Below the pieces are notes generated by a model, which was not told the DNA's origin, searched no databases, and was given only the letters and a program-made list of their open reading frames with translations. This document shows, in pieces, positions 1 through 9,269 of a DNA stretch of 43,070 nt. Both the position numbers and the translations under genes were made by a program. The DNA comes from a virus. Its lineage: Duplodnaviria > Caudoviricetes. Every line of letters starts with the position of its first letter. Positions within the stretch are counted from its first letter, which is position 1. The stretch is taken from positions 1 through 43,070 of the IMG/VR virus record IMGVR_UViG_3300017747_002824; one strand, 5' to 3'.

Positions 1-123
1 CCTGCTCCTCAATGACACGGTACGCCTCAACGGTGGCGTTCTTACTGATCTCCTGGTGCCGTACTCTCACGGGGAACCTCTCTCGGTTGGTGGTCTGGAT
101 CTTGGACGATCTGCTGGAAGATC
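1..123. repeat. 123-bp direct terminal repeat (copy 1); circular assembly overlap
   Basis: cctgctcctcaatg...ctgctggaagatc is identical to 42948-43070. Confidence 0.97.
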
Positions 124-1799
124 GCTTCCTTGCCCGCAGTAGAAGCATGGACCCTGTGCTCTTCTGAGTCAAGCGTCAGTACGTCGATAATCTGAACGTC
201 CTTTGTCTGCCCGTGCCGGAGCAAGCGTCCCTCCGCCTGGTTGTTGCTCACAAAGCGGTAGCTGCGGTTGAGGAACAGCATCGTGTGAGCACGGGTGAGG
301 GTGATCCCCTCGGACCCTGCCCCGAGGGTGCAGAGGATCACCGGCAGGTTGCCGGCTTGGAACTCTGTGATCCAACGGTGCCGTTCCTCAGGGCTGATAG
401 CCCCGGTAATCATGCCGACCTGATCCGTGCGGAACCGGGGCGTGCGGCCCCCGGTAAGTTCCCGTTGGCACAGTTCGATCAACTTGCGGGACTCCGAGAA
501 CACAACAAGCGGCTCACCGCCCATCTCATCCAGCACGTCGCAGAGGGCGTCGTACTTGCAAGACGGGAGTTGAAAGGCGGAAACCGTCCCGTCCTCCTCT
601 AGCACTGGCGTCGCCTGTGCAAGCTGCTGCAAACGGGTGTTCAAGACAAGCGGACCTACGGAGACAAGGAACCTGCCGTCCACGTTGGCAATGCTGTCCT
701 TCTCAATCTGTTTGTAGACCGAACGCTGCTTGCCTTCCATCTCCACGAAACGGTACTGCACGGGCAGCGCCTTGACCGTCAGATCCAAGGGACGACGGAT
801 GTAGCACGGATCAAAGATCCTGCGGAACTCCGCCTCCGTTGCAGGGTTCAGGCCGAGATCCTCCTTCCCGCCGTGGAAGTTCTCATGGATCAGGACGTAG
901 CGGTCGATGAACTTCGAGCGGGACGGGAAATCCTCAGGCCGGCAGAAGTTCAGCACCGACCACAGGTCTGCCGTGTGCCCCGTGACCGGCGTTGCGGTCA
1001 GCGCCCAGCGGTTCGTACATGCGGCAGCATGTGCGACAGCCTTCACGGCGAGGGTCTGCTTTGCCTTCGGGTTCTTGAGGGCGTGCGCCTCATCACAGAT
1101 CACGGTCTTGAACGGGATAGCGTTCAACTCTTTGTCCTGCTTCTCCTCCTCTGTACGGGCGAAGGACCCGTACGGGGCGAGGCGGGAATGCAACCGGACC
1201 TGCGACCAGGAGCAGACCAACACAGACGCTACACCGGAGGCGGTCAAGGCGATAGCGGAGGTTCGGTCTGTTTTGGTGCGACCCATGACCGCAACCCTGA
1301 CCCCGCACCACTTCTCAATCTCCTCCTTCCATGTGTATTTCATGCTGTTCGTACACACGATCAGGGCGGGGTAGGCGGTGCCGTAGCGGGCGGCGATGTT
1401 CAGGGCGGCAGCAGCCTCAACGGACTTGCCGTATCCCTTCTCATCCCCGATGAGAAACCCCTTCCGCATAGACGCAAGCAAGGACGCCGTGACCTGTGCG
1501 TCACGCAGCCCTTCCGTGCCTGACGGGCGGGCAATCCAATGCGCCGTGTCCTTGAGTTCCGCTACTGCTGCGTGCTCCGCAGCCTCCGCTTCTACCGCTG
1601 CAAGAGCGGCAGGCGTAGGCGTGAGGGAGTCCCCGAAGATACCCCGCAGGGCGTGAGCAACCGACAGGCGGGCAGGGCCACGCCACGTTTCCGAAGGCTT
1701 GTGAAAGCGCAGGCCGGGGACCTGCGCCGCCATGTCCCGGTAGCGGGGCGAACAAGACAGGGCGAACTGTCCGTCCTCTGTTACGTCAAGGGTGTGCAT
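42..1799 (-). CDS. SNF2-family (SF2) helicase
   Basis: Motifs GDEKGYGKS, DEAH, ALTATP, GSEGITLT, QAEGRLLRHGQ. ATG at 1799 overlaps the upstream TGA (TGATG). Confidence 0.9.
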   Translation of the reverse strand: MHTLDVTEDGQFALSCSPRYRDMAAQVPGLRFHKPSETWRGPARLSVAHALRGIFGDSLTPTPAALAAVEAEAAEHAAVAELKDTAHWIARPSGTEGLRDAQVTASLLASMRKGFLIGDEKGYGKSVEAAAALNIAARYGTAYPALIVCTNSMKYTWKEEIEKWCGVRVAVMGRTKTDRTSAIALTASGVASVLVCSWSQVRLHSRLAPYGSFARTEEEKQDKELNAIPFKTVICDEAHALKNPKAKQTLAVKAVAHAAACTNRWALTATPVTGHTADLWSVLNFCRPEDFPSRSKFIDRYVLIHENFHGGKEDLGLNPATEAEFRRIFDPCYIRRPLDLTVKALPVQYRFVEMEGKQRSVYKQIEKDSIANVDGRFLVSVGPLVLNTRLQQLAQATPVLEEDGTVSAFQLPSCKYDALCDVLDEMGGEPLVVFSESRKLIELCQRELTGGRTPRFRTDQVGMITGAISPEERHRWITEFQAGNLPVILCTLGAGSEGITLTRAHTMLFLNRSYRFVSNNQAEGRLLRHGQTKDVQIIDVLTLDSEEHRVHASTAGKEAIFQQIVQDPDHQPREVPRESTAPGDQ

Positions 1800-2128
1800 C
1801 AGATTGTAGACGGCGTGCAGGGGACAGGCACAAGCGGGAGCACATTGACCCAAGTAGCGCCATCGTACTCATGCACAGCGCCGACCTCTGTATCGGACCA
1901 TACATACACGGGGTGGCAGTCCTCCCCGCCGAACCCATCGTTGTAGTTGTAGTCCAGCAGGGGTCGTGCCTCGTCCCAAGGGAGCGGGACGTGCAAGAAT
2001 ACTTCATCCACCCACCGAGGAGGCTTCGGGTCATCATCGTCCCATGTGAACCACGGGTTGTCTCCAATGACAACAGTGTGGGGGGTCAAATCAAACGCCT
2101 GTTCAATGTCCTGTGCAAACGTGGTCAT
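1799..2128 (-). CDS. hypothetical protein (MTTFAQDIEQ...)
   Basis: ATGA coupling to the resolvase stop; GAAGGAG RBS; acidic 109-aa ORF. Confidence 0.75.
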   Translation of the reverse strand: MTTFAQDIEQAFDLTPHTVVIGDNPWFTWDDDDPKPPRWVDEVFLHVPLPWDEARPLLDYNYNDGFGGEDCHPVYVWSDTEVGAVHEYDGATWVNVLPLVPVPCTPSTI

Positions 2129-2568
2129 GCTTCGGTCTCCTTCGTAAGTTGCTCTAGGATTGGAGCGTAGCGGATACCCGCAAGGTAGGTCAACAGGTGC
2201 CTGCTCGCATCGTTCGAGTGCCCTCCCTTGATGGTGCTGTACCACCGAAGGGTCCGCAGCTTGGCGTCCGTAGCGAAACCCTTGGCTTGGGCAGGACTTT
2301 GGCGAACGAACTCCGCACCATCACGCAAGGCAATGAGACGGCAAGCGCCAATCAAGTCGGTCGTGTGACTGAACGCACCCGCATCTAACTTGTGGGTGTT
2401 GCTGCGAATCGTGAAACTCTCGCACACGATCACGTCAGGCTGCCAACCGGGGATCTCACGCACAACCTCATCGAACCCGGTCATCTGCCAGGAATGGAAG
2501 TAGTCGTCGGCCCCGCTATAGAACGCAAGGCCCGTCGTGCCGCCTGGGTCAACTGCAAGGACTCTCAT
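2125..2568 (-). CDS. RuvC-like Holliday junction resolvase
   Basis: N-terminal VLAVDPGGTTGLA, VIVCESF, C-terminal HSNDASRH. Confidence 0.85.
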   Translation of the reverse strand: MRVLAVDPGGTTGLAFYSGADDYFHSWQMTGFDEVVREIPGWQPDVIVCESFTIRSNTHKLDAGAFSHTTDLIGACRLIALRDGAEFVRQSPAQAKGFATDAKLRTLRWYSTIKGGHSNDASRHLLTYLAGIRYAPILEQLTKETEA

Positions 2569-4322
2569 TCGTGTGCCTCTCCGCCCCAACGGGGCAACGG
2601 TCCCTTCACAGAGCAGGTAAGCGGGACACGGAACCCCGTAAGATCCTCCATCGCATCCTTGGTCTGCTCAACCAGCGTAGCACCTTCCTCCCCCTGCGGG
2701 AGAGACAGCACCACTTCATCGTGGACAGGTATCAGGAGATAATCCCCGAGACCCGCACAGTCCATCGCAATCATCGCATCCTTCACCACGTCAGCACCGG
2801 ACCCCTGACAGATGAAGTTGACAAGGCTGTAAATCTTGTCCGGCTCACACACGGCACGGCGACCGCCTGACGTGGTGATCCACGCTTCACCGTCCACCGC
2901 AAGGCGCACCTTCGCAGCGTGGTCAACCTCACCCTTGAACACCGCAGCACCGGGGAACCGGCGATCGAACGCCTGCAAGAACTCCACGGCCTCCGCCTCC
3001 GACACGCCGGCAGTCTCCGCAATCTTGGCAGGACCCGCACCGTACACGTTCCCGAAGTTCACGCCCTTGGAGATGGTGCGCTGCTCCTTCGTAACCTCGG
3101 ACTCCGGTACCCCGTACACAAGCGCCGCCGTACTGCGGTGGAAGTCTTCCGTCTTAGCTGCGGAGATTAGGTTCTTGTCTCCGGTGTAGGAGGCAAAGAT
3201 CTTCATCTCCATGTTGTCGTAGTCAATGCTGTAGATCCGCTCATCATCCGCATTCGGGAGGAAGCAACGGCGCACGCTGTTGTCCCCCGACGGGAGCGTC
3301 TGCAACGCAGGGTTGCGGATTGACATGCGGCCCGTCTTCGCAGCAAGCGTGTTGATCTCAGGGTGGATGCGGTCGTTCGCATCCCTGTCCCGCAGGAATG
3401 TGTCAAGGTAGGTGGACTTCCACTTGGTGACACGGCGGTACCGGATCAACGGCGCTGCAACCGGAGCGTACCGGGTGCCCTCAAGCCCGGCGAGAACCGT
3501 CTTGTCCAGCCGGGGCAGCCCTGTCTCTGTGAACTCCTGCGGCTCCCACCCTGCCGCCTTGAGGGTCAGCGTGACCTGATGATCCGAACCGGGGTTCTCA
3601 ATGCCGAACGCTTGCAACTCCGTGCGGAGAGCGTCCGCTTCCTCCTGCCACTGACGGGCGAGGTGTTCCGTGTACGCAACGTCAAGCCGCATACCCCGCC
3701 GCTCTGCCCGGTAGCATACGGCAAGGGCTGCCATCTCCCGCTCGTAGGCTTGCGACGGGACAAGCGGGCGGAGAGCGTCGAACGCTAGAGCGGTCAGGCA
3801 AGTATCCAGAACGCCGTACCCCCAGTATTCCGGCAGCGTGTCCGGTACCGTGGCCCACGTCCAACCGTTTTCACGAAACCGCTGTGCTAGGAGTTCTGCC
3901 CCGACCGCCGCCGCCCTCCCGTACAAGCGGGTCCCCATCTCCTTCAACCCCGCAGGAAGATGCGGGTCCTTGAGTCGGGACAGGATCAGCGTATCCTCAA
4001 CCTGTGAGGCAGCGGGGATCGGCAGGCCGTCGTTCTCCAACTTGTGCAGGTCGTAAGAACTATTATGCAGGATGACGGGTTGTCCGCCGTCCCGCACGGC
4101 GGCAAGTCCCGCCTCTGCCACACCCCGCCAGTTGCGGATAGGCACCGCCCACCCGCCCTGCCCGTCCCCGAACTGCACAAGGCGGGTCGTGTCGAACCAC
4201 GACAAGCCCGTTGTCTCCGTGTCCACGGCGAGACAGGGACGGCGCTCACCGAGCCACCGCAGGAACTCCGAGGCGGAGTCCACAGAGTCAACCAAGTTCA
4301 GGGAGAGGCTAGGAAGGGTCAC
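2565..4322 (-). CDS. polA: family A DNA polymerase with 3'-5' exonuclease domain
   Basis: Exo I AVDTETTG, HNSSYD; TGRMS; motif A DYDNMEM; motif B RTISKGVNFGNVYG; motif C VHDE. GTGA coupling at 4322. Confidence 0.95.
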   Translation of the reverse strand: MTLPSLSLNLVDSVDSASEFLRWLGERRPCLAVDTETTGLSWFDTTRLVQFGDGQGGWAVPIRNWRGVAEAGLAAVRDGGQPVILHNSSYDLHKLENDGLPIPAASQVEDTLILSRLKDPHLPAGLKEMGTRLYGRAAAVGAELLAQRFRENGWTWATVPDTLPEYWGYGVLDTCLTALAFDALRPLVPSQAYEREMAALAVCYRAERRGMRLDVAYTEHLARQWQEEADALRTELQAFGIENPGSDHQVTLTLKAAGWEPQEFTETGLPRLDKTVLAGLEGTRYAPVAAPLIRYRRVTKWKSTYLDTFLRDRDANDRIHPEINTLAAKTGRMSIRNPALQTLPSGDNSVRRCFLPNADDERIYSIDYDNMEMKIFASYTGDKNLISAAKTEDFHRSTAALVYGVPESEVTKEQRTISKGVNFGNVYGAGPAKIAETAGVSEAEAVEFLQAFDRRFPGAAVFKGEVDHAAKVRLAVDGEAWITTSGGRRAVCEPDKIYSLVNFICQGSGADVVKDAMIAMDCAGLGDYLLIPVHDEVVLSLPQGEEGATLVEQTKDAMEDLTGFRVPLTCSVKGPLPRWGGEAHE

Positions 4323-4498
4323 GAACGTTGCTCCGCACCGGTCAAAACCAGCATGAACCCAGCGAACCCCGTGATAAACAGGGTGACAGAGGTTGCGGTC
4401 CACACTTCCTGCGACATTCCTGCAATCGCCCACCACCATGCCCACACAATGCAGCAAATAGCGGTGAGGACAAGAAGGATGATCCCTGTCCTAATCAT
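4319..4498 (-). CDS. small membrane protein (2 TM)
   Basis: Two hydrophobic stretches; ATGA coupled on both sides. Confidence 0.65.
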   Translation of the reverse strand: MIRTGIILLVLTAICCIVWAWWWAIAGMSQEVWTATSVTLFITGFAGFMLVLTGAEQRS

Positions 4499-4632
4499 CG
4501 TGAACCGTAGCAGTGTTCGATCCAAGCGTCAATCTCGTCGGACGTGGGTTCGTCGTCCTCGTAATCCTCCCGGTAATCAGGGCAGACACGGGCGCTGAGG
4601 CTGTGAAACTCCTGACAATCGGGGCACGGCAT
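4495..4632 (-). CDS. small acidic Cys-containing protein (MPCPDCQEFH..., 45 aa)
   Basis: Translated by hand; fills the gap and its stop overlaps the next ATG. Confidence 0.55.
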   Translation of the reverse strand: MPCPDCQEFHSLSARVCPDYREDYEDDEPTSDEIDAWIEHCYGSR

Positions 4633-4645
4633 GGAGCGGAGCGGT

Positions 4646-5353
4646 CTAGTTTCCACTGTTCAGAACCTTCTTTCGCAGGTCCGCAAGGGACCCGTCATTG
4701 GTAATGATCCGGTCGTACAAGGGGCCGGACTCCGGCAGTTCAGACTCGGAGATGTGGCCGTTTGCCGGCCCGTTACCGGGGCGAGTGACCCGCCACAACT
4801 CCCCGCCCTGCCCCTTGATCCACGAGGTCTCATTGAAGAACCGGCAGTCCGTCACCACAACACGGGGCGGGTAGCCTGCGGAGGCAAGACGGTTGGCTAG
4901 AGCGGTCACCCACACATCCTTGCCGATCTGATCCCGACATGCAACCCCGAGGTTCTGCAAGAACTCACGGGCGGCAGGGACCTGCTCCTTCACGGCGTCC
5001 CAATCCCCGTAGCGGAGGAAGAAGCGGGAGAGCGGGAGTGTAGCGCCGGGGATAAGCCCCGTGTACGGCTCTTGCAAGCGGGGGTTGATCTCCGCCGCAA
5101 CGTTCTTGAGAGCTTGAGCAAAGGACTCCTGCCGGAAACCCTGCTCATCCGCAAGGATCTGCCCTACAGAGTCCTTACCGCTGCGAGCGTACCCGCACAG
5201 CCCGATCAGGCGGGTAGCGGGGGCGAAGATTGACGGGTTCTCGTCAAGGTTTGCACGGATTTGCCCCGCAGCGTCTCGCATCTGCTGTCGGGCGGCGTCA
5301 AGGTGCCGCTGCTGTTCTGCAACGTGTTCTTCGTGCGTGGCAGTATCAGACAC
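4646..5353 (-). CDS. deoxynucleoside monophosphate kinase
   Basis: LIGLCGYARSGKD P-loop; REFLQNLG; VVVTDCRFFNE; HISE; NDGSL. Confidence 0.9.
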   Translation of the reverse strand: MSDTATHEEHVAEQQRHLDAARQQMRDAAGQIRANLDENPSIFAPATRLIGLCGYARSGKDSVGQILADEQGFRQESFAQALKNVAAEINPRLQEPYTGLIPGATLPLSRFFLRYGDWDAVKEQVPAAREFLQNLGVACRDQIGKDVWVTALANRLASAGYPPRVVVTDCRFFNETSWIKGQGGELWRVTRPGNGPANGHISESELPESGPLYDRIITNDGSLADLRKKVLNSGN

Positions 5354-5501
5354 GGATCTTCTCCTCGGAATAGGCGGACCACGCAGCAGCAAGGTCGGAC
5401 AATACGTCCCCCCCCTCTGCCCTGAGTCCGTGAACGGCGTACAAGTACCCTGCCGTAAAGGCTTCCCGGTCGCTGCGCTTCTTCTGTTCTTTGCGGTTCA
5501 T
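5346..5501 (-). CDS. hypothetical protein (MNRKEQKK...)
   Basis: Coupled small ORF in the operon. Confidence 0.6.
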   Translation of the reverse strand: MNRKEQKKRSDREAFTAGYLYAVHGLRAEGGDVLSDLAAAWSAYSEEKIRV

Positions 5502-5629
5502 CGGCGTACTTTCTGTTCGTGGAACTTGGCTTGCGCCTCGGTCTCGGAATGGAAGGCTGACGCTACAGAGAACGTGCAACCCTCGGCGGTACAGGAGGCG
5601 GAGTACCCGCCTCCTCGCTCCTGTTTCAC
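5498..5629 (-). CDS. hypothetical protein (43 aa, C-x4-C/His)
   Basis: Translated by hand; GTGA/ATGA coupling on both sides. Confidence 0.5.
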   Translation of the reverse strand: MKQERGGGYSASCTAEGCTFSVASAFHSETEAQAKFHEQKVRR

Positions 5630-5877
5630 GGGAGCGGTGTGTTGTGCTTTGCTTGCCATGCTTCCTCCGGTGTTTGCTTACGGATACGGGCTGTCATTCG
5701 TTCGGTCTCGTTCATGCCGCCCCAAATCCCGTGCTCATCCGTCCATCCTTCCCGAAGGCAAGACAGGGAGAGGGGACAGGTAAAGCAGAAGGCGGGGGCC
5801 GGCTGTTCAAGCAGGGGGTTGCCGTGCTCATCCTCAGGGTACAGCAGATGCACGACCCCGAGGCACGGGGCTATCAC
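5626..5877 (-). CDS. whiB: WhiB-family transcription factor
   Basis: C...CxxC-x5-C Fe-S ligands and the GIWGG..E.ER signature. Confidence 0.88.
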   Translation of the reverse strand: MIAPCLGVVHLLYPEDEHGNPLLEQPAPAFCFTCPLSLSCLREGWTDEHGIWGGMNETERMTARIRKQTPEEAWQAKHNTPLP

Positions 5878-6263
5878 TCCCCGCCCCTAGCGAGCAGACG
5901 ATCCACGGCGGCGAGGATGTCAACGATGTACGTCTTGCCGTTTGCCCGCATTGCCCGCAGTTCTGCTAGCACGTCCCCCTCAGGGGTAGGGCGGCGGTGA
6001 GCGTCGATCCAGTCGCACGATTCTTCGAGGCGGTCGGCCTTCGTGTATTCGACGGCACCGAACTTGCGGCGAATCCACTCGGCGTCTGCACGCAGCATCG
6101 CCGTGTCCGGTCGTTCGCTGTCCTGTACCGGGGAAGGGGTGACGTAGCCGCAGCCGGTAGCAGCAGCGTCTCGCCCGTCGTTCCAGTCCTCGGGTCCACA
6201 CGGCTCGGTGTCGGCGTGGGCGCACACCCATTCGCCGCTGTTGGTGCTCGGGTCATCGGTCAC
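5874..6263 (-). CDS. hypothetical protein (MTDDPSTN...)
   Basis: GTGA coupling; 129 aa. Confidence 0.65.
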   Translation of the reverse strand: MTDDPSTNSGEWVCAHADTEPCGPEDWNDGRDAAATGCGYVTPSPVQDSERPDTAMLRADAEWIRRKFGAVEYTKADRLEESCDWIDAHRRPTPEGDVLAELRAMRANGKTYIVDILAAVDRLLARGGE

Positions 6264-6727
6264 TGGGCACCCCCGCAGCGGGCCAGGTAGGTGACGACCA
6301 TTCGCAGTGCAGCGTCGGTCACGCCCTCGTCGGCAGCGTTGGATCTGGTGCTGACCGCTTCGACCAGCGCCTCCCATTCCGCTCGGGGCACGGGCACGCT
6401 GTCCACGGTCGGTGCCTGCGGGGTAGAACCGACCGGCTCGATCGTGTACTCCCACCACTCGTAGTATCCCGACCCGCCGTGGGTGACTCGCTCCCACTCC
6501 TCGTCGCTGACCTCGCCTTGGACGGCTACGACCTGGCGCTGCGATCGGTGGGTGAGGCGGGCAACGAAGATGTTGTCCACTTCCTCCATCCAGCCTTCGT
6601 CGCACCAGTCCTGAATGCAGGCATCGGCGTAGGCGACCGCCTCGGCTTCGGTGTCGAACTCGGTCGTGCAACCGTCACCGCCGTCAACGATCCACCGCTC
6701 GCCTCCTGGGTGTACGGGGGCAGTCAC
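6260..6727 (-). CDS. hypothetical protein (MTAPVHPGGERW...)
   Basis: GTGA coupling; acidic phage-like composition. Confidence 0.7.
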   Translation of the reverse strand: MTAPVHPGGERWIVDGGDGCTTEFDTEAEAVAYADACIQDWCDEGWMEEVDNIFVARLTHRSQRQVVAVQGEVSDEEWERVTHGGSGYYEWWEYTIEPVGSTPQAPTVDSVPVPRAEWEALVEAVSTRSNAADEGVTDAALRMVVTYLARCGGAQ

Positions 6728-6852
6728 CGGGCCACCTGCACGATCCACAGCAGCACCAAGACGAGCACCACTACGGACAGGGCGAACTCGGGCTTTCGAG
6801 AGGGCCGACAGATGTTGCAATCGCAGCCGGTCCGGTTCTGTTGGCCGCTCAC
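6724..6852 (-). CDS. small membrane protein (CxCxxC plus C-terminal TM)
   Basis: Translated by hand: MSGQQNRTGCDCNICRP...VVVLVLVLLWIV; coupled on both sides. Confidence 0.55.
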   Translation of the reverse strand: MSGQQNRTGCDCNICRPSRKPEFALSVVVLVLVLLWIVQVAR

Positions 6853-7529
6853 AGCGCACCGTCCGTCGCAAGCACTTCGACGGTGGCGGCGTGGAACTGG
6901 CCGTTGCGTCCGTCCACCGAGTACCAGGGACCGCCCATCGGCGTGTCTCCCGTTTGGAGGATGACCCCGCCGCTGGCGAGCGTGCGCCCCTTGGCGAGCC
7001 GTGTGTCGATCACGTCCGTCTTGGGTTGTGCAGGGAACTCCACCAACAGGACTTGGGTGGGGTAGCGGTAGTCGTACTCCTGGTGGGCGGGGCCACCGTT
7101 CGTGTTTCGCAGCACCGCTCCGGCTTCCCGCAGTTTGGCGGCGTCACGCCGGTAGCACGCCAACTCGCCGTCAGGCAGCCTGAACGTGGGGGCGGGCAGC
7201 GCCCGGAGCGGGTTGGCGGCAGTGGGGCGAACCTCGTAGATGCGATCGTGGAACGCTGCCGTGTGGTTGAGGCACAGCCAACGACCGTCGTAGTTCCGTT
7301 CCCACAGATCGCCGGGTAGGGTTCGCACCACGTCACCGGGGGCGTAGAACTTGCCGTCCGAACCGGCGATGACACCGGGTGGCAGGTCGTAGCGGGGCGG
7401 GTTGTTCATCTGCGAGATGAACGAGTCCCGCTCTGCGGTGGACGGAAAGGCATTTGTATAGACGGGGCGGGCGCACCCCTTGATGATTGCGGCGTGTGTG
7501 CCGCTAATCCCTGCTGTAAAGTCGGTCAT
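6849..7529 (-). CDS. hypothetical protein (MTDFTAGISG..., 226 aa)
   Basis: AAGGAG RBS; ATGA coupling. Confidence 0.75.
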   Translation of the reverse strand: MTDFTAGISGTHAAIIKGCARPVYTNAFPSTAERDSFISQMNNPPRYDLPPGVIAGSDGKFYAPGDVVRTLPGDLWERNYDGRWLCLNHTAAFHDRIYEVRPTAANPLRALPAPTFRLPDGELACYRRDAAKLREAGAVLRNTNGGPAHQEYDYRYPTQVLLVEFPAQPKTDVIDTRLAKGRTLASGGVILQTGDTPMGGPWYSVDGRNGQFHAATVEVLATDGAL

Positions 7530-7744
7530 CGGTCTTGCTCCTTGGTCGGGGTTAGCAGGATAGCTCCCCCGCTTTGCGGGGTCGCCGTGTACGTTGCGCC
7601 GGGAATGATGCCGGCGCTGCGGAGGGCAGCACGCCCGTCCTTGTGAACCGTAATCGTCAACGGTCGTGGTGTCAACGGCTTGTAGTGGTCCGGCGCTTCC
7701 CGGTACTTCCGTTGCTTGATCTTCTTGTAAAGGGTGCGGTTCAT
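7526..7744 (-). CDS. AbrB/MazE-like DNA-binding protein (putative)
   Basis: TITVHKDGRAALRSAGIIPG...GAILLTP resembles the swapped-hairpin pattern. Confidence 0.5.
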   Translation of the reverse strand: MNRTLYKKIKQRKYREAPDHYKPLTPRPLTITVHKDGRAALRSAGIIPGATYTATPQSGGAILLTPTKEQDR

Positions 7745-7890
7745 GCGAAACCCCCGTCATCCCGTGTCGGGTCCGGTTCTTCCTCGTCCCAAAGGCTGAG
7801 GAAGTCTGCGGGGTCCCGCTCGTATGCGGTGTCCTCGGGATCGTACAGAGGATCGTCGGGGTCTGGATGCGTGAACGTGGGCGGGGTCAC
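7741..7890 (-). CDS. small, highly acidic protein (49 aa)
   Basis: Translated by hand: MTPPTFTHPDPDDPLYDPEDTAYERD...; coupled on both sides. Confidence 0.55.
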   Translation of the reverse strand: MTPPTFTHPDPDDPLYDPEDTAYERDPADFLSLWDEEEPDPTRDDGGFA

Positions 7891-8135
7891 CAGCGCTCCG
7901 AACGTGCATCACGCTGTCCCGCTGCAAAGCCGTCGGACCATCCGGCAGCGTATTCGTCCCCAAGATCCTCTAGCGTGATCTCGTCTGCCGCTGGAATCTG
8001 CACCGCCTCGGCAATGTGCCGGAACAGGTCGGGGGTCGTGAGCGGGGGCGGGCCGGTTACGTCCGGCTCCGGGAACCGGAGCGTCGTGCGCCCTTCCCGG
8101 TACGCTTGATAAAGGTCGTCCGCTAGGTCTGACAT
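7887..8135 (-). CDS. hypothetical protein (MSDLADDLY...)
   Basis: GAGGAG RBS; first gene after the 8171-8199 promoter. Confidence 0.75.
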   Translation of the reverse strand: MSDLADDLYQAYREGRTTLRFPEPDVTGPPPLTTPDLFRHIAEAVQIPAADEITLEDLGDEYAAGWSDGFAAGQRDARSERW

Positions 8136-8170
8136 CGGGTCTCCTCGGAAAGATCGGTGTGGTGTGTGTG

Positions 8171-8199
8171 TTTCTACACGGGTTCGGGCGGGTTGTCAA
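8171..8199 (-). promoter_or_regulatory. sigma70-type early promoter TTGACA-N17-TAGAAA
   Basis: Perfect -35; same layout recurs at 9270-9299 and 9959-9987. Confidence 0.7.
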
Positions 8200-9092
8200 C
8201 CCTCCTGTTTGTCCGCTGCGGGCGGCTGCTCCTGTTCCGGCAGCGGGTGGGAGACCTTCGGGGGAAGGTAGCGGTGGGCGCTTAGGTCCGGTAGTTGGGC
8301 GGGCGGGTCGGTCTGCGGGGCGTGGATCTCGGAGACGTAAGAGGAGAGGTACAGGCCGGCAGGGCTGTCCTCGGGAGGCTGCGGGTAGGGAAGGGGCACG
8401 GCAAGATAGCGGTCTCGTGGGCGGGTGACGCTCGGGTGTGCGGGCGGTAGCCCGGACGGCAGGCGTCGGGGTGCGTGCGGGTAGAGATAGAGGAACGCGG
8501 TGGCGTCGTTCGGCAGTGGGTCCCGTTGCACCCTGCGGAGGTCGGAGGGTGGCTCCTCGTAGTACCGCTCTGGCAGGGGCGGGGTATCGGCGGGGTCGTC
8601 GGTCGGGATTCGGGCGTAGACCTTCCCCCGCCGCAGGGCAAACTCTGCCTCGGGGAACCTCTGCCGTAGCGGGTGGACCGTCGTGGCTCGGTTGGGAAGG
8701 ATGATCCACCTGCCTGTCGGCTGGTCCGCCTCGGCTTGGATGGTCTCCGTGTTCGTGGTCGGGGGGCGGTAGCGGTCGGATTCGGTCGGGACCCGTTCCG
8801 GTTGGAGCGTGGAGAGGAGCACGGGGTCGGGGCGGTACCAGGCGGGGACCTCTGCGGTGGGGAACGGCAGAAACCGGGTCGGGTGGGCGTACAGCGTGTC
8901 TGTTTGGTCGCTGTAGATCGCTTGGAGGCTCGCAGCTTTGGCGTACGGGCTGTCTAGGGCGTTGCGCCGTGCGTTGGCCGGGTTGCGGGGTGAGCGTTCG
9001 AGAACGTAGGACATGCCGGCTAGCGGCACCGGGGCGTGTGCAATTGTGGACAGGCGGACGCTACGCTCTTTGTTCCTGTTGCGGGTCTGCAT
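8196..9092 (-). CDS. proline-rich hypothetical protein (298 aa)
   Basis: Long ORF with a TGA-TACCCT extended -10 element 7 nt upstream of the ATG. Confidence 0.65.
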   Translation of the reverse strand: MQTRNRNKERSVRLSTIAHAPVPLAGMSYVLERSPRNPANARRNALDSPYAKAASLQAIYSDQTDTLYAHPTRFLPFPTAEVPAWYRPDPVLLSTLQPERVPTESDRYRPPTTNTETIQAEADQPTGRWIILPNRATTVHPLRQRFPEAEFALRRGKVYARIPTDDPADTPPLPERYYEEPPSDLRRVQRDPLPNDATAFLYLYPHAPRRLPSGLPPAHPSVTRPRDRYLAVPLPYPQPPEDSPAGLYLSSYVSEIHAPQTDPPAQLPDLSAHRYLPPKVSHPLPEQEQPPAADKQEG

Positions 9093-9109
9093 GTGCTAGA
9101 GGGTATCAG

Positions 9110-9265
9110 AAAGCAAGAGACCCCGCCGTGTTGGCGGGGTCTCTCTCGTCCCTCGTCAGGGTCGGGTTTCCTCGGTCGTGCCCTGAGGCGCAGTCGGCAG
9201 GAGGAGAGTCAGGGAGCCTCACGACTCGATACTCTCACCTGTCCGCACAGTATGTCGGCGGCATC
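9110..9265 (-). ncRNA. candidate structured small RNA
   Basis: Lies between a TTGACA promoter and a terminator, has no convincing ORF, and forms nested stems with a GUGA tetraloop. Confidence 0.4.
9116..9144 (-). terminator. intrinsic terminator
   Basis: 12-bp stem AGAGACCCCGCC/GGCGGGGTCTCT followed by TGCTTTCT on the minus strand. Confidence 0.75.
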
Positions 9266-9269
9266 TGCA

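Noticed and set aside
1-123. Terminal repeat as the physical DTR of the virion DNA
   Set aside because: It falls inside coding sequence (helicase 3' end and the next gene); more likely an assembler circular overlap.
3040-3085. PolA motif B variant suggesting a temperate lifestyle or altered nucleotide use
   Set aside because: The residue equivalent to E. coli 762 is the ordinary Phe (KGVNFGNVYG).
9150-9180. Hammerhead ribozyme (minus-strand GAAAC and CUGACGAG)
   Set aside because: No stem III/NUH cleavage site between the motifs and no GAAA after stem II; the topology does not fit.
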